A stretch of DNA of 39,765 nucleotides, from the IMG/VR virus record IMGVR_UViG_3300029115_000083. One strand, 5' to 3'. Numbering within the stretch: position 1 is the first letter of the stretch; each line of letters begins with the position of its first letter. Shown piece after piece: positions 25,860 through 33,234 of the stretch. A model generated the notes under the pieces. It searched no databases. It worked only from the letters and a program-made list of their open reading frames with translations, and was not told the origin of the DNA. Position numbers and translations under genes: made by a program. The DNA comes from a virus.

Positions 25860-25891
25860 ACTATTCACCTCGTTTCAGAAAGGAGTTAATT

Positions 25892-26311
25892 ATGCCAAAC
25901 TTATATAACTATCGTTTATTTATTAGCCACGCATGGAAATATGGACCAGACTACATTCGTTTAGTAAATCTTCTCGATAATGCATCATATTTTTCATACC
26001 ATAATTATTCTGCACCTAGAGAAAAACCTCTTTTTCCTTCTGGTACACCTTACACATCTACAGATATTGCAAATAAAATAACCGATAAGATTCGTCCAGC
26101 CCAAATTACTTTAGTTATATCTGGAATGTATGCTGCTTATAGTGATTGGATGAAATATGAAATAGACGAATCCAAAAGAATGGGAATGCCTATTTTAGGA
26201 ATTGTTCCTTACGGTCAAGAACGGATTCCTCTCTATGTTCAGCAGAACGCAACTGAAATTTTGCGTTGGAACACTGCCTCCATCGTATCGGCTATAAGAC
26301 GTTATGTTTAA
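25892..26311 (+). CDS. TIR-like protein, ThsB/DUF1863 type
   Basis: 139 aa with SD aaaggag. YRLFISHAWKYGPDY (beta-1) and SDWMKYEIDESKRMGMPILGIVP parallel ThsB RWVRYEIMKSIEKGNKIIGI, including the conserved Glu. Confidence 0.7.
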   Translation: MPNLYNYRLFISHAWKYGPDYIRLVNLLDNASYFSYHNYSAPREKPLFPSGTPYTSTDIANKITDKIRPAQITLVISGMYAAYSDWMKYEIDESKRMGMPILGIVPYGQERIPLYVQQNATEILRWNTASIVSAIRRYV

Positions 26312-26443
26312 GCCATTTTCATTATACCAATATTTTTTTGCTGTTTCAATGCATGCGCAATTTACTTTGTATAGCAAAAAACATCCTTGTTTCAATAGGC
26401 AATAATATTTTTATATTTCTTTTTTCAGAAAGGACGTGATCAC

Positions 26444-26989
26444 ATGCCATTACCAAAACCAAACACCTACACAGTTGAAGATATCTATCTTCTCCCAGAT
26501 GGACAACGCGCCGAGCTGATTGATGGTCAGATCTACAATATGGCTCCACCAAGTCCATTGCATCAGAAACTTGTAATGGAATTATCTGCAACCATCAGAA
26601 ACTACATTAAATCAAATAGTGGTTCCTGTGAGGTTTATCCTGCTCCATTTGCTGTTTTTCTTAATCAGGATAATTATAATTATGTTGAGCCGGATATCTC
26701 CATAATATGTGATCCAAACAAAATGAACGACAGAGGATGCAACGGCGCTCCTGATTTCATCATTGAAATTGTATCGCCAAGCAGCCAGCGCATGGATTAC
26801 CTTACAAAATTATTTAAGTACCGTACAGCCGGTGTCCGCGAATACTGGATTGTCAATCCAATGACACGGATCGTCCAAGTCTACTGTTTTGGTGAGCCAG
26901 AAGATTCTACGCAATATTCTTTTGACGAAGAAATCAGCGTGGGAATCTACAATGATTTAAAGATCCGTATTGCCGATCTGCTGAAATAA
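26444..26989 (+). CDS. Uma2-family (DUF820) PD-(D/E)XK endonuclease
   Basis: 181 aa with ELIDGQIY, APDFIIEIVSPSS and REYWIVNP, which are hallmark Uma2 motifs. Confidence 0.85.
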   Translation: MPLPKPNTYTVEDIYLLPDGQRAELIDGQIYNMAPPSPLHQKLVMELSATIRNYIKSNSGSCEVYPAPFAVFLNQDNYNYVEPDISIICDPNKMNDRGCNGAPDFIIEIVSPSSQRMDYLTKLFKYRTAGVREYWIVNPMTRIVQVYCFGEPEDSTQYSFDEEISVGIYNDLKIRIADLLK

Positions 26990-26996
26990 ATAAAAA

Positions 26997-27020
26997 CCGC
27001 TCCTGCGCCAACAGGAACGG
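26997..27020. terminator. Hairpin after the Uma2 gene (imperfect 9-bp stem)
   Basis: ccgctcctg-cgccaa-caggaacgg pairs at 8 of 9 positions. An A-run precedes it on the plus strand, so the U-tract sits on the minus-sense side. Its function as a plus-strand terminator is uncertain. Confidence 0.3.
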
Positions 27021-27192
27021 TCGAGCGATGAAACATACACCAATATGTTTCTCTATTAAGTACTCCGAAGAGATACCCAATTTTCAAATAATATTGTATC
27101 ATCTCCGGAGCAGCCACGCAAGAGAACAAAAGTTCTCGGGCTGTTATTTTTATACTCATTTTTACGTATATTGAAGAGAAAGGTGATATAAT

Positions 27193-28584
27193 ATGCCGAG
27201 TAAAATTGAACGCTGTGCCATTTACATCCGTGTGTCTACCGCTGAACAGATGATGCACGGTAAATCCCTGGAAGCGCAAAAGCAGTACCTGACCAATTAC
27301 GCCAAAGAACATAATATGACCGTTGCTGGAGTTTATGCTGACGAGGGTAAAACTGCCCGTAAAGAATTAAAAAAGAGAAAAGCTATCCATTCACTCCTCG
27401 AAGATGTAAAAGCCGGAAAAATTGATGTGATCATCTTCTGGCGGATTGACAGATGGTTCCGTAACCTGTCTGATTTTTACAAGGTGCAGGAAGTCTTGGA
27501 TGATAATAACGTCCATTGGATCAGCACCAGTGAACCCGGAATCAATATGGAAACCAGAGACGGTCGACTGCAGCTGAATGTAGTTCTATCTATCGGTCAG
27601 AATGAGGTCGATACCACCAGCGAACGTATCAAATTCGTAAATGAAGCATCTATCCGTCAGGGAAAGCTGATCTTCGGCGATGTGAATATGGGATATGGTT
27701 ATAAATCCGGAATCATTGACGGCGTAAAACGCATGGTAAAAGATCCTGATCGAGAAGACACTGTAAATGCCTTTTATCGTTTTTTCTTTAAGCACCATGC
27801 AAAAGGGCTTTCCATGCGCTATATTCAGGAAAATTATGATCCGGATTTTACATGGGCGAATATGCGAACACTGCTATCGAGTGAATTTTACAAAGGAACC
27901 TATCGCGGGATTCCATACTGCCCTGCTTACCTGACAGAATCTGAATGGAACAATCTGCAGGAAATACAGAACGCAAATGTTAAGCGTGCTCCTTCTGGCC
28001 GGATTTATCTTTTCAGTGGCATGATAAATTGTCCGATCTGTGGACGCAGGCTTAGCGCAAGAGGCGGTTCGTCCATTATCAACAGGAAAACCGGTGCCAA
28101 AAAAGTATACTGCTATTACCGATGCAATAAAGCTTTTATTGATCACAAATGTACATACAAGCACATGGTAAGTCAAAATCTCATAGAACAATACCTGATT
28201 GAGCATCTGGAATACGAATACAATAAATTTAAAATAAAATGTAAAAAAATTGAAAAGGAACAAGAAAAAAAGAAGAAAATTCAGACTCCGGAAAAGCTCC
28301 AGAAAGAATTGGAACGATTAAATCTTCTCTTCCAGAAAGGAAGAATCGAATGGGATTATTACAGCAAAGAATATGATCGGATTGAAAACGAACTGAATGA
28401 ATTGTTAAATGCGGCTCCGGAATTAGAACCTGATTATGCTTATCTGGAAGAGCTGCTGAATACAGACTTTAGAACAATGTACTACAATTTAACCCAAGAA
28501 AACCGCAGAGCTTTCTGGCACTCCATTATCCGGGAGATTCACCTGAATACTGATCATACCGTTGACTCTGTTGATTTCTTATAG
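27193..28584 (+). CDS. int: Large serine recombinase (phage integrase)
   Basis: 463 aa with the resolvase catalytic motif AIYIRVSTAEQ, a recombinase domain, the zinc ribbon CPICGRRL...CYYRC and a C-terminal coiled coil. Confidence 0.92.
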   Translation: MPSKIERCAIYIRVSTAEQMMHGKSLEAQKQYLTNYAKEHNMTVAGVYADEGKTARKELKKRKAIHSLLEDVKAGKIDVIIFWRIDRWFRNLSDFYKVQEVLDDNNVHWISTSEPGINMETRDGRLQLNVVLSIGQNEVDTTSERIKFVNEASIRQGKLIFGDVNMGYGYKSGIIDGVKRMVKDPDREDTVNAFYRFFFKHHAKGLSMRYIQENYDPDFTWANMRTLLSSEFYKGTYRGIPYCPAYLTESEWNNLQEIQNANVKRAPSGRIYLFSGMINCPICGRRLSARGGSSIINRKTGAKKVYCYYRCNKAFIDHKCTYKHMVSQNLIEQYLIEHLEYEYNKFKIKCKKIEKEQEKKKKIQTPEKLQKELERLNLLFQKGRIEWDYYSKEYDRIENELNELLNAAPELEPDYAYLEELLNTDFRTMYYNLTQENRRAFWHSIIREIHLNTDHTVDSVDFL

Positions 28585-28585
28585 C

Positions 28586-28637
28586 GTCTTGTACTAACTG
28601 GTTGACTCCGTTTGGAGTAGATTAGTTAGTACAAGAC
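28586..28637. terminator. 52-bp concentric palindrome between convergent int and endolysin genes; bidirectional terminator and/or attP candidate
   Basis: Perfect 14-bp arms gtcttgtactaact (28586-28599) and agttagtacaagac (28624-28637). The inner arms actcc/ggagt share the same centre, between 28611 and 28612. Confidence 0.6.
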
Positions 28638-28645
28638 AATATTTA

Positions 28646-29836
28646 TTATTTTACCCGTAGCTTCTGTCCGGCGTAGATCAGATTAGGGTTACTTATTCCG
28701 TTAAGCTGCGCAACCTTCTGGTAGGACGTGCCGTATTTAGCTGCAATACCGGAAAGCGTATCTCCGCTCTGCACGGTGTAATACTGTGCGGATGAAGCAC
28801 CTGACTTACCGTTCACGATATTCTGAATCGTATTGTAGTCATATCCGGCAGCTGAAAGACGATTCTTTCTGTCGTTTCCGTTGCCCCACTTACCGGCAAG
28901 AACTTCCTGTGCGATCTGCTCATTTGATTTTCTGGCAAACGCAGCGTTGATCTTGTTCTGGACTTCTGTGTAACGACTACCGAGAACAACCTTTCTTGTG
29001 TCACCGTTACCATATTTACCAGCTTTCACTTCGTTCACCAGTGTATCTACGGATGCAGAATAGATATGGTCGATGAAGCTCTGCACTTCCGTATACCGTG
29101 TTCCGAGGGCGTTCTTGCGGTTGTCACCATCACCGTACTTGCCCTGCATGACTCCAACAACCAGATCGAGCGTGGATCCGCCCGGAGTATTCACTGTCGG
29201 TTTCGGTGTTTCTGCCGGTTTGGTTGTGTTTCCTTTTCCGGCATACTTGTTCCATGCGTCCTTGTCGCCGTAGAATTTATCCAGATCGAGATTACCGCCC
29301 CATCCATTCAATCTACCACAAGAGCTATACTGCCGGATAACACAAGTATAAGCTCCCTCATTCCACGGCTTATCCTGATAGCCTGTGGCGTTCATGTCTG
29401 CGTACTGTGCAATCCAGAGTCCATAGTTTCCGATATTGTTGAATTTATAGGCTACAGACTGCGAACAATACAAAAGAGGTCTTACGCCTGTTTTCTGGTA
29501 TACATAGTCAAGCCAGCTCTTGCACCATGCAAAATCCGAGCTACCGAATGCCGGGTTGCTCTTCCCCTCCCAGTCAAGACAGAGAATTGCTTCGCCTACA
29601 CGTTTTCCGATTCTATCAAGGAAGTAATCTGCTTCTTTCTGGTAATCTCCACCATTCGCATAATGGTAGATACCGAGACACTTTCCGGCGTTCTTAGCCT
29701 GTGCGTAAGCTCTTGTGAAATCTGGATTCACGTAGCCTGTTCCCTCTGTTGCCTTTACGATCACAAAATCGCACGGGACCACACTGAGGTCAATTCCTGC
29801 CTGATAACTTGCAATATCAATTCCATTCATTGCCAT
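28646..29836 (-). CDS. Endolysin: GH25 muramidase + 3 CW_7 repeats + C-terminal LysM
   Basis: 396 aa. [10 protein letters not shown]...VIVKATEG is GH25. Three repeats follow GK(Y/W)GNGxxRKxxLGxRY..VQ, with the third being [53 protein letters not shown]...[10 protein letters not shown] is LysM. Confidence 0.92.
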   Translation of the reverse strand: MAMNGIDIASYQAGIDLSVVPCDFVIVKATEGTGYVNPDFTRAYAQAKNAGKCLGIYHYANGGDYQKEADYFLDRIGKRVGEAILCLDWEGKSNPAFGSSDFAWCKSWLDYVYQKTGVRPLLYCSQSVAYKFNNIGNYGLWIAQYADMNATGYQDKPWNEGAYTCVIRQYSSCGRLNGWGGNLDLDKFYGDKDAWNKYAGKGNTTKPAETPKPTVNTPGGSTLDLVVGVMQGKYGDGDNRKNALGTRYTEVQSFIDHIYSASVDTLVNEVKAGKYGNGDTRKVVLGSRYTEVQNKINAAFARKSNEQIAQEVLAGKWGNGNDRKNRLSAAGYDYNTIQNIVNGKSGASSAQYYTVQSGDTLSGIAAKYGTSYQKVAQLNGISNPNLIYAGQKLRVK

Positions 29837-29863
29837 AATGTTTCTCCTTTCAAAAAGAGGGCG

Positions 29864-30346
29864 CTATTCGCCTTCTGAATCATTATCTACTTTCACCTGA
29901 TCTTCCACCTGCGATCGGATGTGCTTCACAAGCGGCTGCATAAATGCCGGGATATTCACTCCCATGTCCTGAATATTTTCTAAAATCGAAATAATCTCAT
30001 TGCAGATCAGCCACATTGCCACGACACATGCCACCAGAAATGTGACTGGTGACTTCCAACCAATTGAAGTTGATGCATATAGAAGCATTTCATCTATTAT
30101 TGCTCCTACAACAACCAGCAGCCACATAGATACCTTTTTGAAAATTCCTCTGATACTTTTATAGGAATTGATATCCTGTGCTCTGTATTTGCTTGCCATA
30201 AGTCCGGTAGCATAATCAATCAGATTGCATGCCACCAGCAGGATCACCGGCACTGCAAGCACTCCAAGAAGCGCTGACAGGAAAGCAAATACTGCTGTAA
30301 AAATTGCTTTGATATAGTTTGCCTGTTCCACTTTCATATTCCTCAT
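29864..30346 (-). CDS. Holin (phage_holin_4_1 / TcdE-like)
   Basis: 160 aa with several TM helices, immediately upstream of the endolysin. NLIDYATG...ICNEIISILEN are family motifs. The N-terminus MRNMK offers two possible starts. Confidence 0.85.
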   Translation of the reverse strand: MRNMKVEQANYIKAIFTAVFAFLSALLGVLAVPVILLVACNLIDYATGLMASKYRAQDINSYKSIRGIFKKVSMWLLVVVGAIIDEMLLYASTSIGWKSPVTFLVACVVAMWLICNEIISILENIQDMGVNIPAFMQPLVKHIRSQVEDQVKVDNDSEGE

Positions 30347-30353
30347 TCTTTCT

Positions 30354-30515
30354 TTATGAATTTACCGGCTTTGCTGCTCCGGTATAAGATATCGGATAAT
30401 CGTATGGATAGTCATACGGATAATCAACCGTTTCCTGGATCTGTACAGAAATCGTAAATTTTTCCCCGGTCGCAACCGTATTTTTGCTTAATTTCACATC
30501 TGTAATTTTAAGCAT
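30354..30515 (-). CDS. Unlisted 53-aa ORF with DYPYDYPYDYP repeat
   Basis: Hand translation: MLKITDVKLSKNTVATGEKFTISVQIQETVDYPYDYPYDYPISYTGAAKPVNS. Its ATG overlaps the upstream TAA (TAATG). Confidence 0.5.
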   Translation of the reverse strand: MLKITDVKLSKNTVATGEKFTISVQIQETVDYPYDYPYDYPISYTGAAKPVNS

Positions 30516-30781
30516 TAAACCACCTCAACTTCTATCCTTGCTTTCCTGATCGAATCCGCAACCGTATAAGTCACTTCCAATATATGTGTTCCTTTTTCTT
30601 TCGGAGCAATCTTGCAGTCAAGATAATGCTCATTGATATCACACTCTCCTTGCACCACAATGTCTGTGTAACGTGCCAGCTCATAAGATGCTGTCAGAAT
30701 CGTAAATGGCTCATCGTTAGGACTTCGCACCAATAGCTTAACGTGCTTGTCTTCGCCCAGGATAAATCTAATTTTGTTCAC
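30515..30781 (-). CDS. Hypothetical beta-rich protein
   Basis: The ORF track starts at 30799. A GTG at 30781 is preceded by gaaggggg, which reduces the overlap with the upstream ORF to 14 nt. Confidence 0.5.
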   Translation of the reverse strand: MNKIRFILGEDKHVKLLVRSPNDEPFTILTASYELARYTDIVVQGECDINEHYLDCKIAPKEKGTHILEVTYTVADSIRKARIEVEVV

Positions 30782-31151
30782 AACAACACCCCCTTCCATG
30801 TATCGGATAAATTACCTCCACAAAGAGCGGATCTGGCTCTGCGATAACTTGATACTGCTCCGGAACTGCCTCTACAGCATAGTCTTTCGGAATAACTGTA
30901 ACCTTACAGTCTTCCGGAACAATTTCCACCATATAATCAAGTGGAACAAGTCTTACGCATAGAGTAGCCGGATCAACAATCAACAGCATCTTCGTGCAGT
31001 ATGCGATATTGCCTGCATCATTTTCTGCCGTCAGCTCCACCACATACATTCCATCTAAATCATAAGGGACCGTGGCATTCCACCGGTCCCCTTCAGCTCT
31101 TTCGAATATTACTTCTTTTCCATCTATCTTACCGCTTACCTTTACTACCAT
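30768..31151 (-). CDS. Hypothetical protein with N-terminal Ig-like segment and VP-x-DY short repeats
   Basis: 127 aa. RWNATVPYDLDGMYVVELTAENDAGN parallels KWEATVTAP...VKATDAAGN in the upstream 294-aa protein. LVPLDYMVEIVPEDCKVTVIPKDYAVEAVPEQYQV is repetitive. Confidence 0.55.
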   Translation of the reverse strand: MVVKVSGKIDGKEVIFERAEGDRWNATVPYDLDGMYVVELTAENDAGNIAYCTKMLLIVDPATLCVRLVPLDYMVEIVPEDCKVTVIPKDYAVEAVPEQYQVIAEPDPLFVEVIYPIHGRGCCCEQN

Positions 31152-31162
31152 AGGCGCACCGC

Positions 31163-32047
31163 CTAGTCGGTAATCTCGACTGCAATAATGAATGTCTTTC
31201 CGCAGTCTACTGGATTCGGAGTAAGAGTCACTGACTTAATCACCGGAGCTGACGTATCGACAGTAACCTTGCGTGTGACTGTAGTAGTCTTTCCGGCTTT
31301 GTCTTTAGCTACGATTGTGATGGTGTTTGCACCCTCAGCAAGAGTCACGTCCTTAGTAAATGCTCCGTCTGTTCCGACCGTTACAGTTGCTCCATTTACC
31401 GTTACTGTAACTGGCTTAGATGATACGTCATCTGTTTTACCACTTACCGTTACCGTCTTCTTGTTGGTTATAAGGTCATTTGATGGAGCCGTGATCTGCA
31501 GTGTCGGAGGCACTGTATCAACTGTAAATGTTGCTGTCTTAGCTGCAGCTGCATTACCATCGTTGTCGGATGCTTTGACCGAAATCGTATGTGATCCATC
31601 TTTTAACGTCGGTGATGTGCATGTGCACTTATATCCACCGTCAATAGCAGTCTTTGTTACCGTCGATACGGCTGTACCATCAACTGTGACTGCGATTGTT
31701 CCTGCATTTACTCCGGAGTCTGTATCTTTTACCTGGAATTCGATAGTCGGAGTTGTATTTGTGATATAAGATCCTGCAGACGGAGACGTGATCGTGATAG
31801 TCGGTGCTGTCTTTTCTTTTACACGGAGTTTAAGTGATGCGCCGAGAGTAGCATGACTCTGATCTACCGTGGTAGTATTGCCGGCCGCATCTGTAGCCTT
31901 TACTGTTCCGCCGAGAACATGATCCGGCTGATTATAGCTCGACTTACTTGGAGCTGTAACCGTAGCTTCCCATTTCCCGGATGTCGAATTATAGGTCAGA
32001 TTGTATGCCTGACCATTAAATATATATTGAGCTGTTTTTACTGCCAT
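31163..32047 (-). CDS. Ig-like (Big-type) multi-repeat protein, putative tail/fibre-associated adhesin
   Basis: 294 aa, Thr/Val-rich with repeated beta-sandwich-like units (APTITITSP..., VPPTLQITAP..., SAPVIKSVTL...). Confidence 0.7.
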   Translation of the reverse strand: MAVKTAQYIFNGQAYNLTYNSTSGKWEATVTAPSKSSYNQPDHVLGGTVKATDAAGNTTTVDQSHATLGASLKLRVKEKTAPTITITSPSAGSYITNTTPTIEFQVKDTDSGVNAGTIAVTVDGTAVSTVTKTAIDGGYKCTCTSPTLKDGSHTISVKASDNDGNAAAAKTATFTVDTVPPTLQITAPSNDLITNKKTVTVSGKTDDVSSKPVTVTVNGATVTVGTDGAFTKDVTLAEGANTITIVAKDKAGKTTTVTRKVTVDTSAPVIKSVTLTPNPVDCGKTFIIAVEITD

Positions 32048-32060
32048 CTACGCTTCACCT

Positions 32061-32201
32061 CTACTGCTTGTCTTCTGTTACCAGATCTTCTGCTCCGGAA
32101 TCAATCAGGACCTCTTTTACCTTGTCCTTTAAAAGTCTCGGTACCTGTGAATAAGTTTTCTTTCCTAACATAATCTGCTGTGCCCATAACATTGCCATCA
32201 T
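32061..32201 (-). CDS. XkdX/CD1375-like small protein
   Basis: The ORF track starts at 32312, overlapping the upstream gene. The ATG at 32201 is preceded by aggagg plus a 6-nt spacer. MMAMLWAQQIMLGKKTYSQVPRLLKDKVKEVL resembles XkdX/CD1375-type peptides found between fibre and lysis genes. Confidence 0.55.
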   Translation of the reverse strand: MMAMLWAQQIMLGKKTYSQVPRLLKDKVKEVLIDSGAEDLVTEDKQ

Positions 32202-32259
32202 TTCTTTTCCTCCTGAAATTTGTAATAATATGAATAAAATGGTTAATACAATTATCGTT

Positions 32260-32673
32260 TTACTGATATACCGTTTCAGACATTTCCAAAATGCATCCTT
32301 CGAGCATTTCATTTTTCTCCTCCGCTTTTTCGACTCTTGACTGCAGGTTCGTATTTTTCTCTTCTGCTTCTTTAAGTCGTGCCTCCAGAGCTGCCATCCG
32401 GCTGTCCGGATCTTCTCCTTCCCGGTACATCAGCACACCAAGGATGCCGGCTGTGTACTTCACGATTGCATCGAACTTTGTGTAGTTTTCATACACAACG
32501 GTATCTTCATCCCGTTCGCTCACAGACATTCTCTTAGTTGTTGTCGGATCAGAGAATAAAGTCTTCAGCTGATCCTCGGATGCTGAAATGGTCTTGATCA
32601 AAAGTGCGCCATCCGTCTGCTCAGTGACCTGCTGGATCTGCAGTTCCTGACCATCATTGAATGTGATTTTCAT
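32260..32673 (-). CDS. Hypothetical protein with C-terminal coiled coil (XkdW-like position)
   Basis: 137 aa. ALEARLKEAEEKNTNLQSRVEKAEEKNEMLE is a heptad-like segment. Confidence 0.6.
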   Translation of the reverse strand: MKITFNDGQELQIQQVTEQTDGALLIKTISASEDQLKTLFSDPTTTKRMSVSERDEDTVVYENYTKFDAIVKYTAGILGVLMYREGEDPDSRMAALEARLKEAEEKNTNLQSRVEKAEEKNEMLEGCILEMSETVYQ

Positions 32674-32701
32674 TTTTCTGTTTGCCCCTTTCTTCTTTTT
32701 A

Positions 32702-32744
32702 GAGGGATTCTGAACTAAAATTGCTACTTAGTTCAGAATCCCTC
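32702..32744. repeat. Perfect 17-bp-stem hairpin in an intergenic region
   Basis: gagggattctgaactaa (32702-32718), a 9-nt loop, then ttagttcagaatccctc (32728-32744). No U-tract follows on the minus (operon) sense. Confidence 0.7.
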
Positions 32745-32832
32745 CTTTAACTGGTTGATAAAGTTACATATATAAAAGCGCATAACAAAAACACCCGACC
32801 AATGCCGAGTGTAAATAAATAAGTTTATTTAC

Positions 32833-33234
32833 TTATGCGCTTAAATATTTAAAGTGATGATACCGTACACCTTCCTGATTCACTGTACAATATCGCATGG
32901 TTGTCTCTGACTTTGCGTGTCCCGCAAATATCATAGCCTCCTGCAGAGGCATTCCGCGGTTCAATGCATTTGTCAGAGCCGTCCTCCGGAATCGATGCGG
33001 ATGCGCATTTTCTACGCCCGCCTTCTCTCCAATCCGCCGGATGATATCCTCAATTCCTGTTTTCGTCAGCCGGCTATTCGGTTTCTTGCTTCCGACAAAT
33101 AGTGCCGGATTATTATCTTTTCTGCTTTCCAGATATTCTTTCAGGTACATATTGGTTCGTTCATTGATGTACACCGCCCTTTCTTTCGCTCCTTTTCCAT
33201 ATACAATCAGTTCGTCATAAGCAAGTCTCTGCAA
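32833..33234 (-). pseudogene. 5'-truncated tyrosine recombinase (XerC/D/phage-integrase C-terminal fragment)
   Basis: 133 codons from a TTG, with an in-frame stop 2 codons upstream. It retains GKGAKER, HPHRFRRT (HxxR) and GHAKSETTMRY (H...Y) but lacks Arg-I and the whole N-terminal core-binding domain. Confidence 0.75.

Noticed and set aside
27030-27051. Inverted repeat gaaacata-caccaa-tatgtttc upstream of int as an alternative attP core
   Set aside because: The arms are only 8 bp and AT-rich, and it is weaker than the 52-bp concentric palindrome downstream of int. It is kept only as a fallback if prophage junction mapping points upstream of int.
26947-27312. 121-aa minus-strand ORF spanning the Uma2 3' end, the intergenic region and the int 5' end
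   Set aside because: It overlaps two confident plus-strand genes, has no SD and gives an unconvincing translation. It is treated as spurious.
32702-32744. 17-bp perfect hairpin as an intrinsic terminator of the tail/lysis operon
   Set aside because: On the operon (minus) sense the stem is followed by an A-run rather than a U-run, and essential lysis genes lie downstream. It is more likely an RNA-stability or processing element or a recombination scar, and is reported only as a repeat.
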